From: Rhodospirillales bacterium
Lineage (GTDB): Bacteria > Pseudomonadota > Alphaproteobacteria > BOG-932 > Roseiterribacteraceae
Length of the DNA: 64,000 nucleotides
NCBI GenBank assembly: GCA_028291345.1
Contig: JAQGIF010000270.1
Span: 16,577 to 80,576 of the forward strand
Direction of reading: 5' to 3'
Notes under the pieces: model-generated
What the model was told of the DNA's origin: nothing
Databases searched by the model: none
What the model saw: only the letters and a program-made list of their open reading frames with translations
Program-made: the position numbers and the translations under genes
Part shown: positions 1-9,239 of the stretch, piece by piece
Layout of the letters: every line of letters begins with the position of its first letter
How positions within the stretch are numbered: position 1 is the first letter of the stretch

Positions 1-692
1 GCAAGTTCGGCTGCGATGTCGCCATGGCGGAATTGCTGCTGAAGGCCGCGCCCGGCAAGGGTCTGACCCCGATCGGCGTGTCCTTTCATGTTGGTTCGCA
101 GCAGCGCGACCCGGAGCAGTGGGACATTGCGCTCGCCGAGGCGGCGGGGTTGTTCCGCCGGCTCGAGGTCGACGGCATTCATTTGAGTCTGGTCAACCTG
201 GGCGGCGGCTTCCCGACGAAATATCGTCGCGACGTGCCGACCACGGCCGCCTATGGCGTTGCGATCCGTGAGGCCCTGGCGCGCCATTTCGGCAATCGTC
301 TGCCTGAGACGATCATCGAGCCGGGTCGCGGGATGGTCGGCAATGCCGGCATTATCCAGACCGAGGTCGTACTGATCTCGCGCAAGTCGGCCAACGACAA
401 TCGCCGTTGGGTTTTCCTTGATATCGGCAAGTTCGGCGGCTTGGCCGAGACGATGGACGAGGCGATCCAGTATCCGATCACCTCCGACCGGCAGGGTCCG
501 ACCGAAGCCGTGATCCTGGCCGGCCCGACCTGCGACAGCGCCGACGTGCTGTATGAAAAGGCCGACTATCAGCTGCCGCTCTCACTCGAGATCGGTGATA
601 AGCTGGCGATCAAGGCAACCGGTGCATACACCACCACCTATTCGGCGGTGGCGTTCAACGGCTTCCAGCCGCTGGAAGCTTATTACATCTGA
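1..692 (+). CDS. PLP-dependent group IV decarboxylase (ornithine/lysine/diaminopimelate decarboxylase family), 5' end cut by window edge
   Basis: The frame of ORF 24..692 stays open back to the window edge. Motifs GVSFHVGSQ, GGGFP (PLP phosphate loop) and GPTCDSADV (active-site Cys region) are typical of this family. Confidence 0.85.
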   Translation, partial: KFGCDVAMAELLLKAAPGKGLTPIGVSFHVGSQQRDPEQWDIALAEAAGLFRRLEVDGIHLSLVNLGGGFPTKYRRDVPTTAAYGVAIREALARHFGNRLPETIIEPGRGMVGNAGIIQTEVVLISRKSANDNRRWVFLDIGKFGGLAETMDEAIQYPITSDRQGPTEAVILAGPTCDSADVLYEKADYQLPLSLEIGDKLAIKATGAYTTTYSAVAFNGFQPLEAYYI

Positions 693-704
693 TGGTTGAT
701 GCTC

Positions 705-738
705 AAAGCCCTCTCCCCGCGCGGCGGGAGAGGGCTTT
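705..738. terminator. Bidirectional hairpin terminator between convergent genes
   Basis: Perfect 13-bp inverted repeat: AAAGCCCTCTCCC (705-717) and GGGAGAGGGCTTT (726-738), with an 8-nt loop. It sits between the decarboxylase stop (692) and the peroxidase stop (747). Confidence 0.6.
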
Positions 739-746
739 GCTGTTAG

Positions 747-1241
747 TTAGCTCATCAGTTTTTCGATCGCATGATTGAAGCGTGCCGATCCCGGCGCTGT
801 GATCGACGAGAACCAGTCGACGAGCTGGCCGTCGGGGCCGATCAGATATTTGTAGAAATTCCAGTGCGGCTTGGCCAGAAAGCCACCTTTCGTGCCGATC
901 CAGCGGAACAGCGGATGCGCTTCCGCGCCTTTGACATGCACCTTTTCCGTCAGCGGAAAATCGACGCCGTAGCGCACTTGGCAGAAACTCTGAATCTCGC
1001 TGGCGCTGCCCGGCTCCTGTCCCGCGAAGTCGTTCGACGGCACACCCAACACGACCAGACCCTTGTCGCGCTTTGCCTGCCACAAGGCCTCCAGCCCCTC
1101 ATATTGCGGGGTAAACCCGCATTTGGATGCGGTGTTAACGATGATCATCGGTTTACCGGCATATTGCGCCAGGGGCAGCGGCTTGCCCCCCAGCGATTTG
1201 AAGGTGAAGGCGTGCGCGGAATCAGGCTGTGTCTCTGTCAT
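747..1241 (-). CDS. Glutathione peroxidase
   Basis: 164 aa. Carries NTASKCGFTPQYEGLEALW (active-site Cys motif) and the WNFYKYLIG signature of the GPx family. Confidence 0.9.
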   Translation of the reverse strand: MTETQPDSAHAFTFKSLGGKPLPLAQYAGKPMIIVNTASKCGFTPQYEGLEALWQAKRDKGLVVLGVPSNDFAGQEPGSASEIQSFCQVRYGVDFPLTEKVHVKGAEAHPLFRWIGTKGGFLAKPHWNFYKYLIGPDGQLVDWFSSITAPGSARFNHAIEKLMS

Positions 1242-1299
1242 GGTGATCCCCGATGAATATTACCGGAAGATGCCGTGCAACCCGGTATTTGTCACGCGA

Positions 1300-1719
1300 T
1301 CAGATTAGGCCAAGGCTGCGCAGTTCCTTCAACATTTCGTCCGACGGTAACTCGCCGTCCGCGCCCACCGTCAGGTCATGCGGGGCGGCTTCGGGCGCGA
1401 GATAGCGCCATCCCTGGAAAGGACCGCGCTGCGTCGGTATGACCGGCACCAGTTCCGAATCGAGCAGGAACAGGCAATAACGCTTGCCCTCGCCATCGAC
1501 CTCCTGGTCGAAGCCGAGCAGCCGCTGGCGGCAGCGGATGACGCCCTGTATCACCCAATAAAGCGAACCGTCGGTGACGTCCGGCCGAACCGGCTTGTGC
1601 CGGGTGAAGGCGCGCCGGACCGTCAGATCGCCCCGCGCTTCGGCGCGCGCACGCTGCACCGCCTCAAGATGAGCGACATCGCGGATACCCACCGCAAGCT
1701 TAATCACATGAGTCGTCAT
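1300..1719 (-). CDS. Conserved alphaproteobacterial hypothetical protein (DUF1489-like, recalled from memory)
   Basis: 139-aa ORF with normal composition. The N-terminus MTTHVIKLAVG...LYWVIQG resembles the DUF1489 family. Not verified by search. Confidence 0.55.
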   Translation of the reverse strand: MTTHVIKLAVGIRDVAHLEAVQRARAEARGDLTVRRAFTRHKPVRPDVTDGSLYWVIQGVIRCRQRLLGFDQEVDGEGKRYCLFLLDSELVPVIPTQRGPFQGWRYLAPEAAPHDLTVGADGELPSDEMLKELRSLGLI

Positions 1720-1817
1720 GCCGTTCGCTTCATATCAAGGGCGTTTCATATCGTAGGCGGCCGTGTGCAGCCGTCATAAAGCTGATAGCGTAGCGACAAT
1801 CAATTGAGGATCGACGG

Positions 1818-2018
1818 ATGAAAATGGAAGGCTATTGGAGGATCATCATTTTTGCGGTGATCGCCATTGTCGGAGTCAGCGGGATCATCCAGGCGTTACC
1901 GCATGCCTCGGAATCGGTTACCGACCTGGCTGAGGATGCCGCGATACTGGCGCTGGTGATCGCCGTGTCCGTCCTGGTTGCCCGCAAGTTCGGGCCGCGC
2001 GGTAAATCGGCCAAATAG
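1818..2018 (+). CDS. Small membrane protein with two predicted TM helices
   Basis: 66 aa. GAGGA lies 7 nt upstream of the ATG. Two hydrophobic stretches (IIIFAVIAIVGVSGII and AAILALVIAVSVLVA) and a basic C-terminus. Confidence 0.45.
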   Translation: MKMEGYWRIIIFAVIAIVGVSGIIQALPHASESVTDLAEDAAILALVIAVSVLVARKFGPRGKSAK

Positions 2019-2028
2019 ACCGCGGCGA

Positions 2029-4311
2029 TCAGGCCGGGTTGCCCGCGGCCACCTGAGCGTCAACCGTCGCGACTGCCGAAATATTGACGACGCCGCGCGC
2101 GGTGACTGACGGCGTCAAGATATGCACCGGCTTGGCTGCGCCTAGCAGAATCGGGCCGATCGGCTGGGCATCGCCCAGGACCTTGAGCATATTGAAAGAA
2201 ATATTCGCTGCGTCGAGCGTCGGCATCACCAGAAGGTTCGCTGACCCCTTCAACCGGGAATTCGGAAAAATCTCCTTGCGGATTTCCTCGGATAGCGCGG
2301 AATCGGCCGCCATCTCGCCCTCGATCTCCAACTCCGGTGCCAGTGCCGAAATTTCCACCAGGGCCCGTCGCATCTTCTCCGACGGCGGATCGTCATGGGT
2401 GCCGAAATCGGAATGCGACACGAGGGCAACCTTGGGCTCGAGCCCGAAACGGCGGACCTGCTCGGCCGCCATGATCGTCATTTCGGCGATCTGGCTGGGG
2501 GTGGGGTCATAGGACACATAGGTGTCGCAGACGAAGATCGGCCGATCCGCCAGCACCAGAATGGACAAGGCCGCGGCCGTCTTCACGCCGTGTTTCAGCC
2601 CGATGACATTCATGACGTGGCGATAATGCCGGTGATACTGGCCGATCGTGCCGCATACCATGGCGTCACCCTCGCCCTTGCGCAACAGCATCGCGGCGAT
2701 GACCGTGTTACTGGTACGCAGGACTGTACGCGCCTGGGCGGGCGAGGTGCCGCGCCGCTCCATGATCTGGTGATATTCGCGCCAATATTCGTTGTAACGC
2801 GGGTCATAATCCGGATCGACTAAGTCGAACTGCTCACCGAGTTTGATGCGCAGGCCCAGGCGCTCGATTCTTCCTTTGACCACTTCGGCGCGACCGACCA
2901 GCACCGGACGGGCAAAGCCCTCATCGATCACCACCTGAGCGGCGCGCAGTACCTTCTCCTCTTCGCCTTCCGCATAGATGACGCGCTTCGGCACCCGCTT
3001 GGCCCGGGTAAATAGCGGCCGCATTACCAGACCGGAGCGGAAGACGAACTGCCCCAGTGTCTCGCGATAGGCGTTGAAATCCAGGATCGGGCGCGTGGCG
3101 ACGCCGCTATCCATCGCCGCCTGGGCCACGGCCGGCGCCAGTTTCATGATCAGGCGCGGATCGAACGGCTTGGGAATCAGATATTCCGGACCGAAGGCTG
3201 GAGGCTCCTCCCCATAGGCGGCGGCAACGATGTCGCTGCCTTCGGCCATCGCCAGCTCGGCCAGCGCATGAACGCAGGCCAGCTTCATCTCCTCATTGAT
3301 CGTCGTCGCGCCGACATCGAGCGCGCCGCGAAAGATGAATGGGAAGCAGAGTACGTTATTGACCTGGTTGGGATAATCGGACCGGCCGGTGGCGATGATC
3401 GCGTCGGGGCGCACGGCTTTTACCAGCTCGGGTAGAATCTCGGGCGTGGGGTTAGCCAGGGCCAGTACCAGCGGGTTGGGCGCCATCGCGGCGACCATCT
3501 CTTGGGTCATCACGGCGCCGGCCGAAAGGCCCAGGAAGATATCGGCGCCCGATATCACCTCGCCCAACGTGCGGGCGTTGGTCTCGATCTCATAGCGCGA
3601 CTTGCGCGGATCCATCAGCTCGGTACGGCCCTTATAGACCACGCCGACAATATCGGTGACGGTAACGTTCTGGATCGGCAGACCCATGCTGACCAGCAGG
3701 TCAATGCAGGTCAATGCCGCCGCGCCCGCACCGGATGCCACCAGCTTGACGTCGGCCAGCTTGCGCCCGGAAATCCGCAGCCAGTTTACGACAGCCGCCG
3801 CGACGATAATCGCCGTGCCGTGCTGGTCGTCGTGGAAGACCGGGATCTTCATCCGGCGTTTGAGTTCCGTCTCAACCTCGAAGCACTCGGGTGCCTTGAT
3901 ATCTTCGAGGTTGATCGCGCCGAAGGTCGGTTCCAGCGCAACGATGATGTCGATCAGTCTGCCCGGATCGTTCTCAGCGATCTCGATATCCATCGCGTCC
4001 AGCCCGGCGAATTTCTTGAAGAGAACTGCCTTGCCTTCCATCACAGGCTTGGCAGCCAGCGGCCCGATCGCGCCCAGACCCAGCACCGCGGTGCCGTTGG
4101 TGATGACGGCGACGAGGTTGCCGCGCGCCGTCATCCTGCTGACCTGGGACGGATCGGCGACGATGGCGCGCGAAGCCGCGGCGACTCCCGGCGAATAGGC
4201 GAGCGCCAGATCGCGCTGCGTCATCAGCGGCTTGGTCGCGGTGATCGAGATTTTCCCCGGCGTCGGAGTCGTGTGATAGGCGAGCGCGCTGTCGTCTAGA
4301 CTTTCGGTCAC
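2029..4311 (-). CDS. maeB: NADP-dependent malic enzyme (malic enzyme domain fused to a phosphate-acetyltransferase-like domain)
   Basis: 760 aa. The N-terminal half has malic-enzyme motifs (VFHDDQHGTAI, GAGAAA NAD(P) loop). The C-terminal ~330 aa is the PTA-like domain typical of MaeB. Confidence 0.95.
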   Translation of the reverse strand: MTESLDDSALAYHTTPTPGKISITATKPLMTQRDLALAYSPGVAAASRAIVADPSQVSRMTARGNLVAVITNGTAVLGLGAIGPLAAKPVMEGKAVLFKKFAGLDAMDIEIAENDPGRLIDIIVALEPTFGAINLEDIKAPECFEVETELKRRMKIPVFHDDQHGTAIIVAAAVVNWLRISGRKLADVKLVASGAGAAALTCIDLLVSMGLPIQNVTVTDIVGVVYKGRTELMDPRKSRYEIETNARTLGEVISGADIFLGLSAGAVMTQEMVAAMAPNPLVLALANPTPEILPELVKAVRPDAIIATGRSDYPNQVNNVLCFPFIFRGALDVGATTINEEMKLACVHALAELAMAEGSDIVAAAYGEEPPAFGPEYLIPKPFDPRLIMKLAPAVAQAAMDSGVATRPILDFNAYRETLGQFVFRSGLVMRPLFTRAKRVPKRVIYAEGEEEKVLRAAQVVIDEGFARPVLVGRAEVVKGRIERLGLRIKLGEQFDLVDPDYDPRYNEYWREYHQIMERRGTSPAQARTVLRTSNTVIAAMLLRKGEGDAMVCGTIGQYHRHYRHVMNVIGLKHGVKTAAALSILVLADRPIFVCDTYVSYDPTPSQIAEMTIMAAEQVRRFGLEPKVALVSHSDFGTHDDPPSEKMRRALVEISALAPELEIEGEMAADSALSEEIRKEIFPNSRLKGSANLLVMPTLDAANISFNMLKVLGDAQPIGPILLGAAKPVHILTPSVTARGVVNISAVATVDAQVAAGNPA

Positions 4312-4421
4312 ACTGATCTCTCAAACGACGTCTGTGAGTGGCAGGAAAAAGCATATCCGCGCCTTCCTTGCCGCTTCATCATGAATCTGATTTCCGGTGC
4401 GCCGGCATCAAAGGCGGAAAG

Positions 4422-7175
4422 TCATTCCACGAGACGTTTCCAGAAGCCCCGCCTGGGTTGTGCCGGTGGCTGGTTGACGACCTCGTAGTCCCGCGCCACG
4501 GGAGCAGGCGGTACAGGCTCGGATGCCGGCTCTGATGCCGGCTCGGGCTGTACTTCCGGTTGGATCGGCTCCGCCACATGCTCGGTCGCCGGCGATTCGG
4601 CGACCGGAGCTTCCAGCTCGGCCACGGCTTCCGCAGCCTGCGCCGGTGGTTCGACCGACACAGCGGGCGCGACGACTTCATCGAATGAAGCGGGCTCGAC
4701 CGGCTCCGGCTCCGTGAGAGGCTGATCGGCGAACGGTTGATGGCCGCCACCGGCTTCCGCTGCCTCGGGAAGACCTGCATCATCGTCTTCACCGCGGCGC
4801 GTGCGGCTGCGTCCGCCCCGGCGACCGCGACGGCGGCGACGCGCACCTTCGGCCGCCGTCTCACCCTCTTCGCTATTGGCGGTCTCCGCGCCGACGTCGC
4901 TCTGACCTTCTTCCGCCACAACTTCGCCGATGGGTTCGGCAAGCTCTTCGTCCGCAGCGATTTCGCTGTCCGAATCGCCCGATTCGATATCCGATTCGTG
5001 GGACATCGGACCGCCCGCATCGTCCGGCTTACCGTCGCGTCCCCGGCGGCGGCGGTTACGGCGGCGTTTGCGCTTCGGCTCGCCGTCGGGACCGAGTTCC
5101 GACGGCGAACTCGCGGCCGGCCTGGATTCTTTGCGATCGGCTGCGGTGGTTTCCTCTTCGTCCTCCGGAATCTCCGGGTCTTCGTCCTCGGGCTCGATGG
5201 CCGCCATGGTCGCCGTCAGGTTGAGCGGCGGGGGCTCCATTCCGGGCGGTTTGGCCCGGATGCGTTCGATACGATGCTCGGGTGCGATCAGGCCGTCATC
5301 GGCCTGCAGGCGAACGGAGAAGCCATAACGCTGTTCGATATCGATCAGCGTGCCACGCTTCTGATTGAGGATATAAAGCGCGATATTGCCGGCGACCGTG
5401 ACCGAAATCTCGGCGGCGCGATGCTTGATGCCCTCTTCCTCGATCGCACGCAGAACCAGCAGTGAGGCCGATTCGATCGACCGGACGAGGCCGGTACCCA
5501 GGCAATGGGCGCAGGTATGGAAATTAGTTTCGATCAGGCTGGGATGCAGGCGCTGGCGCGACAGTTCCAAAAGCCCGAAGGGTGAGATGCGCCCGACCTG
5601 GATCCGGGCGCGATCGTTCTTCATCGCCTCCTTCAGCCGACGCTCGACCTGCGCATCGTGGCGCGGCTCGTCCATATCGATGAAATCAATGACGATCAGG
5701 CCGCCCATGTCGCGCAGCCTGAGCTGCCGGGCGATCTCGTCCGCCGCCTCGCAGTTGGTCTTGACCGCGGTCTCTTCGATATTCCGTTCCCGCGTCGACC
5801 GGCCGGAGTTCACGTCGATCGAAACCAGCGCCTCCGTCTGGTTGATGACGATATATCCGCCCGATTTCAGGTGGGCGACCGGGTTGTGGATCAGGTCGAT
5901 CTGGCTTTCGACCTGATAGCGGAAGAAGAGCGGGATCGATGGGTCGCGATAGGGCTGCACGCGCTTGGCATGGCTGGGCATCAGCATGCGCATGAAGTCC
6001 TTTGCCTGCCGATAGCCTTCCTCGCCCGCGATTTCGATCGCTTCGATATCCTTCGTATAGAGATCGCGGATCGCCCGCTTTACCAGATTGCCTTCTTCAT
6101 AGATCAGCGCCGGCGCGGTCGATTCCAGCGTCAGAGTCCGGATGTTCTCCCAAAGACGCAGGAGATATTCGAGGTCGCGCTTGATCTCCGCCTTCGAACG
6201 TTCGACGCCCGCAGTCCGCAGGATGACCGACATGCCATCGGGCACCTCCAGGTCTGAAATCAGCTCCTTCATGCGCTTGCGGTCGGCGGGGTTGGCGATC
6301 TTGCGGCTGACGCCGCCACCCCGTGACGTATTCGGCATCAGGACGCAGTAGCGCCCCGGCAGCGACAGAAACGTCGTGACCGCCGCGCCCTTATTGCCGC
6401 GCTCTTCCTTCGAGACCTGCACCAGCATGATCTGCCGACGCTTGATCACCTCTTGTATCTTGTAGTGTGGCATTTGCGAGCGGCGACGACGCTGTGCATC
6501 CTCGACCTCGTCGCCGCCGACGACATCGACGGTCAAAGGCTCTTCGACGGGTACGATCTCCCCGGTCGCAGGATCGCCGGTGGCGGCGCCGCTTTCTTCG
6601 CCGACAAGCTCGACGATCTCACCCGCGTCGTCCTCGCCCGACGCTTCGTCACCTACGGGATCTTCCGATATGAACGGATCGGCCGCTGCGGCGGCCGGCA
6701 TTGTATCGGTTGCATCCGGAGCCGCTTCGGGTGGCGCGTCATCCGGCGCGGATGATTCGCGTTCGGCCGGCTCGGTTGAAGTCGCTTCAGATTTCATGCT
6801 TTCGGGCAGGGCCACATCCGTTTCCGGAGCGTCGCCTTCCGCTACGTCGGCGGTATCGTCAGGAGCCTTATAGGGCGTATCGACCCAGCGCTGTTCCGGC
6901 ACATCGTCATAGGCGGGACGATCGCCGACCGGGATGCGGTAATAATCGGGGTGGATTTCGGGAAAGGGCAGGAAGCCGTGGCGGTTGCCGCCATATTCGA
7001 CGAAAGCGGCCTGGAGCGAGGGCTCGACCCGCGTTACCTTGGCCAGGTAGATATTGCTTTTGATCTGGCGGCGCGCCGCCATTTCGAAATCGAACTCTTC
7101 CAGGCGTGTCCCATCGACGACCGCAACCCGCGTTTCTTCGGGATGGGTGGCATCGATCAACATTCTTTTAGTCAT
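4422..7175 (-). CDS. rne: Ribonuclease E
   Basis: 917 aa. S1 domain (NIYLAKVTRVEPSLQAAFVEYGGNRHGFLPF), catalytic core (EERGNKGAAVTTF, VSIDVNSG, GGLIVIDFIDM), Zn-link CAHCLGTG, and an Arg/Pro/Glu-rich C-terminal scaffold. Confidence 0.97.
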   Translation of the reverse strand: MTKRMLIDATHPEETRVAVVDGTRLEEFDFEMAARRQIKSNIYLAKVTRVEPSLQAAFVEYGGNRHGFLPFPEIHPDYYRIPVGDRPAYDDVPEQRWVDTPYKAPDDTADVAEGDAPETDVALPESMKSEATSTEPAERESSAPDDAPPEAAPDATDTMPAAAAADPFISEDPVGDEASGEDDAGEIVELVGEESGAATGDPATGEIVPVEEPLTVDVVGGDEVEDAQRRRRSQMPHYKIQEVIKRRQIMLVQVSKEERGNKGAAVTTFLSLPGRYCVLMPNTSRGGGVSRKIANPADRKRMKELISDLEVPDGMSVILRTAGVERSKAEIKRDLEYLLRLWENIRTLTLESTAPALIYEEGNLVKRAIRDLYTKDIEAIEIAGEEGYRQAKDFMRMLMPSHAKRVQPYRDPSIPLFFRYQVESQIDLIHNPVAHLKSGGYIVINQTEALVSIDVNSGRSTRERNIEETAVKTNCEAADEIARQLRLRDMGGLIVIDFIDMDEPRHDAQVERRLKEAMKNDRARIQVGRISPFGLLELSRQRLHPSLIETNFHTCAHCLGTGLVRSIESASLLVLRAIEEEGIKHRAAEISVTVAGNIALYILNQKRGTLIDIEQRYGFSVRLQADDGLIAPEHRIERIRAKPPGMEPPPLNLTATMAAIEPEDEDPEIPEDEEETTAADRKESRPAASSPSELGPDGEPKRKRRRNRRRRGRDGKPDDAGGPMSHESDIESGDSDSEIAADEELAEPIGEVVAEEGQSDVGAETANSEEGETAAEGARRRRRGRRGGRSRTRRGEDDDAGLPEAAEAGGGHQPFADQPLTEPEPVEPASFDEVVAPAVSVEPPAQAAEAVAELEAPVAESPATEHVAEPIQPEVQPEPASEPASEPVPPAPVARDYEVVNQPPAQPRRGFWKRLVE

Positions 7176-7632
7176 ACTAAATCCTCGGAAGGCTACCGAT
7201 TGCCACCCTGCGACAAGCGGGTAGGATCGGGCCCTCTGCTAGCAGCGCGATCATTCGACTCGATGCCCGACAAACGGCGCTCAAGAAGCGGCCAGGGCGG
7301 GCTCGTCATCGAAAGCCGGCCAAAAGCCGGTCTCGCTGCGATTGAAACAAAAACTCAATGGAGGCAGCGCGGGTCTGGTCGGCTCCGCCGCCGCCGCTAT
7401 CCCGAGCCCGGAGGCCGGATTGGATAGCAGCGAAATGGGAGATTTACATCGACCGCCACGTCACACTCCGTGTCGCGATTTGTACCATAGCCTGTGGTGA
7501 CGCCGGGCTCAATCTTTGATTTCATGCAGCGTGATCGCTCCGCAATGCCGCCTTATTCTATGTTTAGAGCGACAAGATGAGATCGAATCTGATAGAATCG
7601 GTCTAATAAGCTGACACACTTCGGAATCTGGC

Positions 7633-9105
7633 GTGGATTTTGTGATGGGCGAAATCGTGGTCCGATATTGGCGTGCCCTTGTTCCGGTTGTCGCCTTAAT
7701 GGCGACACAGCCGTTTCCCGCCGCGGCAGACAACGGCACGCGGCTATTTGCCGTTCAGCTGAACTCACATGGTGGAAACACCCAGGTCACACTCGGCCTC
7801 AACCGCCCGATGCCTTTTCGTGCGGCGATCGACAGCCAGGGCGGCGGTCGCGTCACGATAGATTTCGACGATCTGAGACCTATTCCTGACCGAACGGTTG
7901 CGAGAGGCGTCGGGCTCGTCCGAAGTTACCATGCAGAATCCATCAAAGGCGGCGGCGTTCGCCTGGTTCTCGATTTGGCGCATCCCGCCGTGATCGGCGC
8001 GGTCCGCAATTTGCCGGCCGAAGCCGGCAAACCGCCACGAGCGATGATCGAGCTCGAAAGCAGCACAGAGACCGCCATGCGGGCCGCATCAAGCCGCGCC
8101 TCCCAATACGAGGATGTTGCCCGTGCTGCTCCGCTTGCCGGCGAACGCGACGCAATCGGTGCACTGATCGAACCGTCCGGGCCGCATTTTCTAACCTTGC
8201 CATCCGAGCCTCCGGGCAAACCACATAATGTGTCGCTCCCGCCCGAATACCCCGTGCCGGAACGCCCCCCGCCTGCACGCCCCTTGCCTGAGAGCCCGGC
8301 GTCCGTCGTGCCGACAGTTGCCGTCGCGAGTACGAATCCGTTGCAGGCGTTGGTGTCGGGGGCCAGACCCATCCCCTCGATCGCGTCGATCATTTCGCCG
8401 AAGCGCACAATCGTGATCGATCCCGGCCATGGAGGGATCGATCCCGGCGCGGAAAGCGTCGCGGGCTATCACGAAAAAGAGATAACCCTGGCGACGGCAC
8501 GCCTTTTGCGCCGGGCGCTCGAGCAGACCGGCAAGTACAAGGTGGTCCTGACCCGCGACAGCGACGTCTATCTGAAGCTGCATGAACGTGTCGCGCGTGC
8601 ACGGGCGGCGCATGGCGCCTTGTTCATCTCGCTGCACGCCGATTCGGTGCAGGCTGCGTCCGAACGCACAGCGCGCGGAGCGTCGATCTATACCCTTTCC
8701 GAGACCGCGTCGGATGCCGAAAGCGACCGCTATGCGCAGCAGGAAAACCGGGCTGATGCGATCGGCGGGGTCGATTTGGGCGATCAGAGCGACGACGTCG
8801 CCGGCATCCTGGTCGATTTGACCGTGCGCGAGACGGTCAATGACGGCAATCGGCTGGCGGGCATGCTGGTCCTTTCGCTGGAGCACCAGGGTGTCTCGCT
8901 GCTGCCGACCGCGCCCCATCGCTCAGCGGGATTTGCCGTACTGAAATCTCCCGATATTCCATCGGTCCTGATCGAAATGGGCTATCTATCGGATATCTCC
9001 GACTCTCGCGCTCTGGCAGATTCTGGGCACCAGCAGCAGATCGCCAACGCAATCGCCGAAGGTGTCGATCGCTATTTCGCATGGCTGCAGGTATCGCGAT
9101 CCTAA
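7633..9105 (+). CDS. amiC: N-acetylmuramoyl-L-alanine amidase (AMIN domain plus Amidase_3)
   Basis: 490 aa. N-terminal signal-like segment, a Pro-rich linker, then a C-terminal Amidase_3 domain with VIDPGHGGIDPGA, FISLHAD and LIEMGYLS. Confidence 0.9.
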   Translation: MDFVMGEIVVRYWRALVPVVALMATQPFPAAADNGTRLFAVQLNSHGGNTQVTLGLNRPMPFRAAIDSQGGGRVTIDFDDLRPIPDRTVARGVGLVRSYHAESIKGGGVRLVLDLAHPAVIGAVRNLPAEAGKPPRAMIELESSTETAMRAASSRASQYEDVARAAPLAGERDAIGALIEPSGPHFLTLPSEPPGKPHNVSLPPEYPVPERPPPARPLPESPASVVPTVAVASTNPLQALVSGARPIPSIASIISPKRTIVIDPGHGGIDPGAESVAGYHEKEITLATARLLRRALEQTGKYKVVLTRDSDVYLKLHERVARARAAHGALFISLHADSVQAASERTARGASIYTLSETASDAESDRYAQQENRADAIGGVDLGDQSDDVAGILVDLTVRETVNDGNRLAGMLVLSLEHQGVSLLPTAPHRSAGFAVLKSPDIPSVLIEMGYLSDISDSRALADSGHQQQIANAIAEGVDRYFAWLQVSRS

Positions 9106-9239
9106 AACGCGGACCCATTTAACGCAGACTTGTCGAACCGATCCGCAGCGCTGCAAAATCGCTTGCCCTTGCCGCTTGGTGCGGCCGAAAGTCAGACGGA
9201 ATTATCGGGTATCATCAGGTGCGGGGAGGATTTGTTCGG

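Noticed and set aside
4379-5465. Several 130-240-aa alternative-frame ORFs on both strands inside the rne C-terminal region
   Set aside because: They arise from the repetitive Arg/Pro/Ala/Glu-rich coding sequence of the RNase E scaffold domain. They have no independent translation signals.
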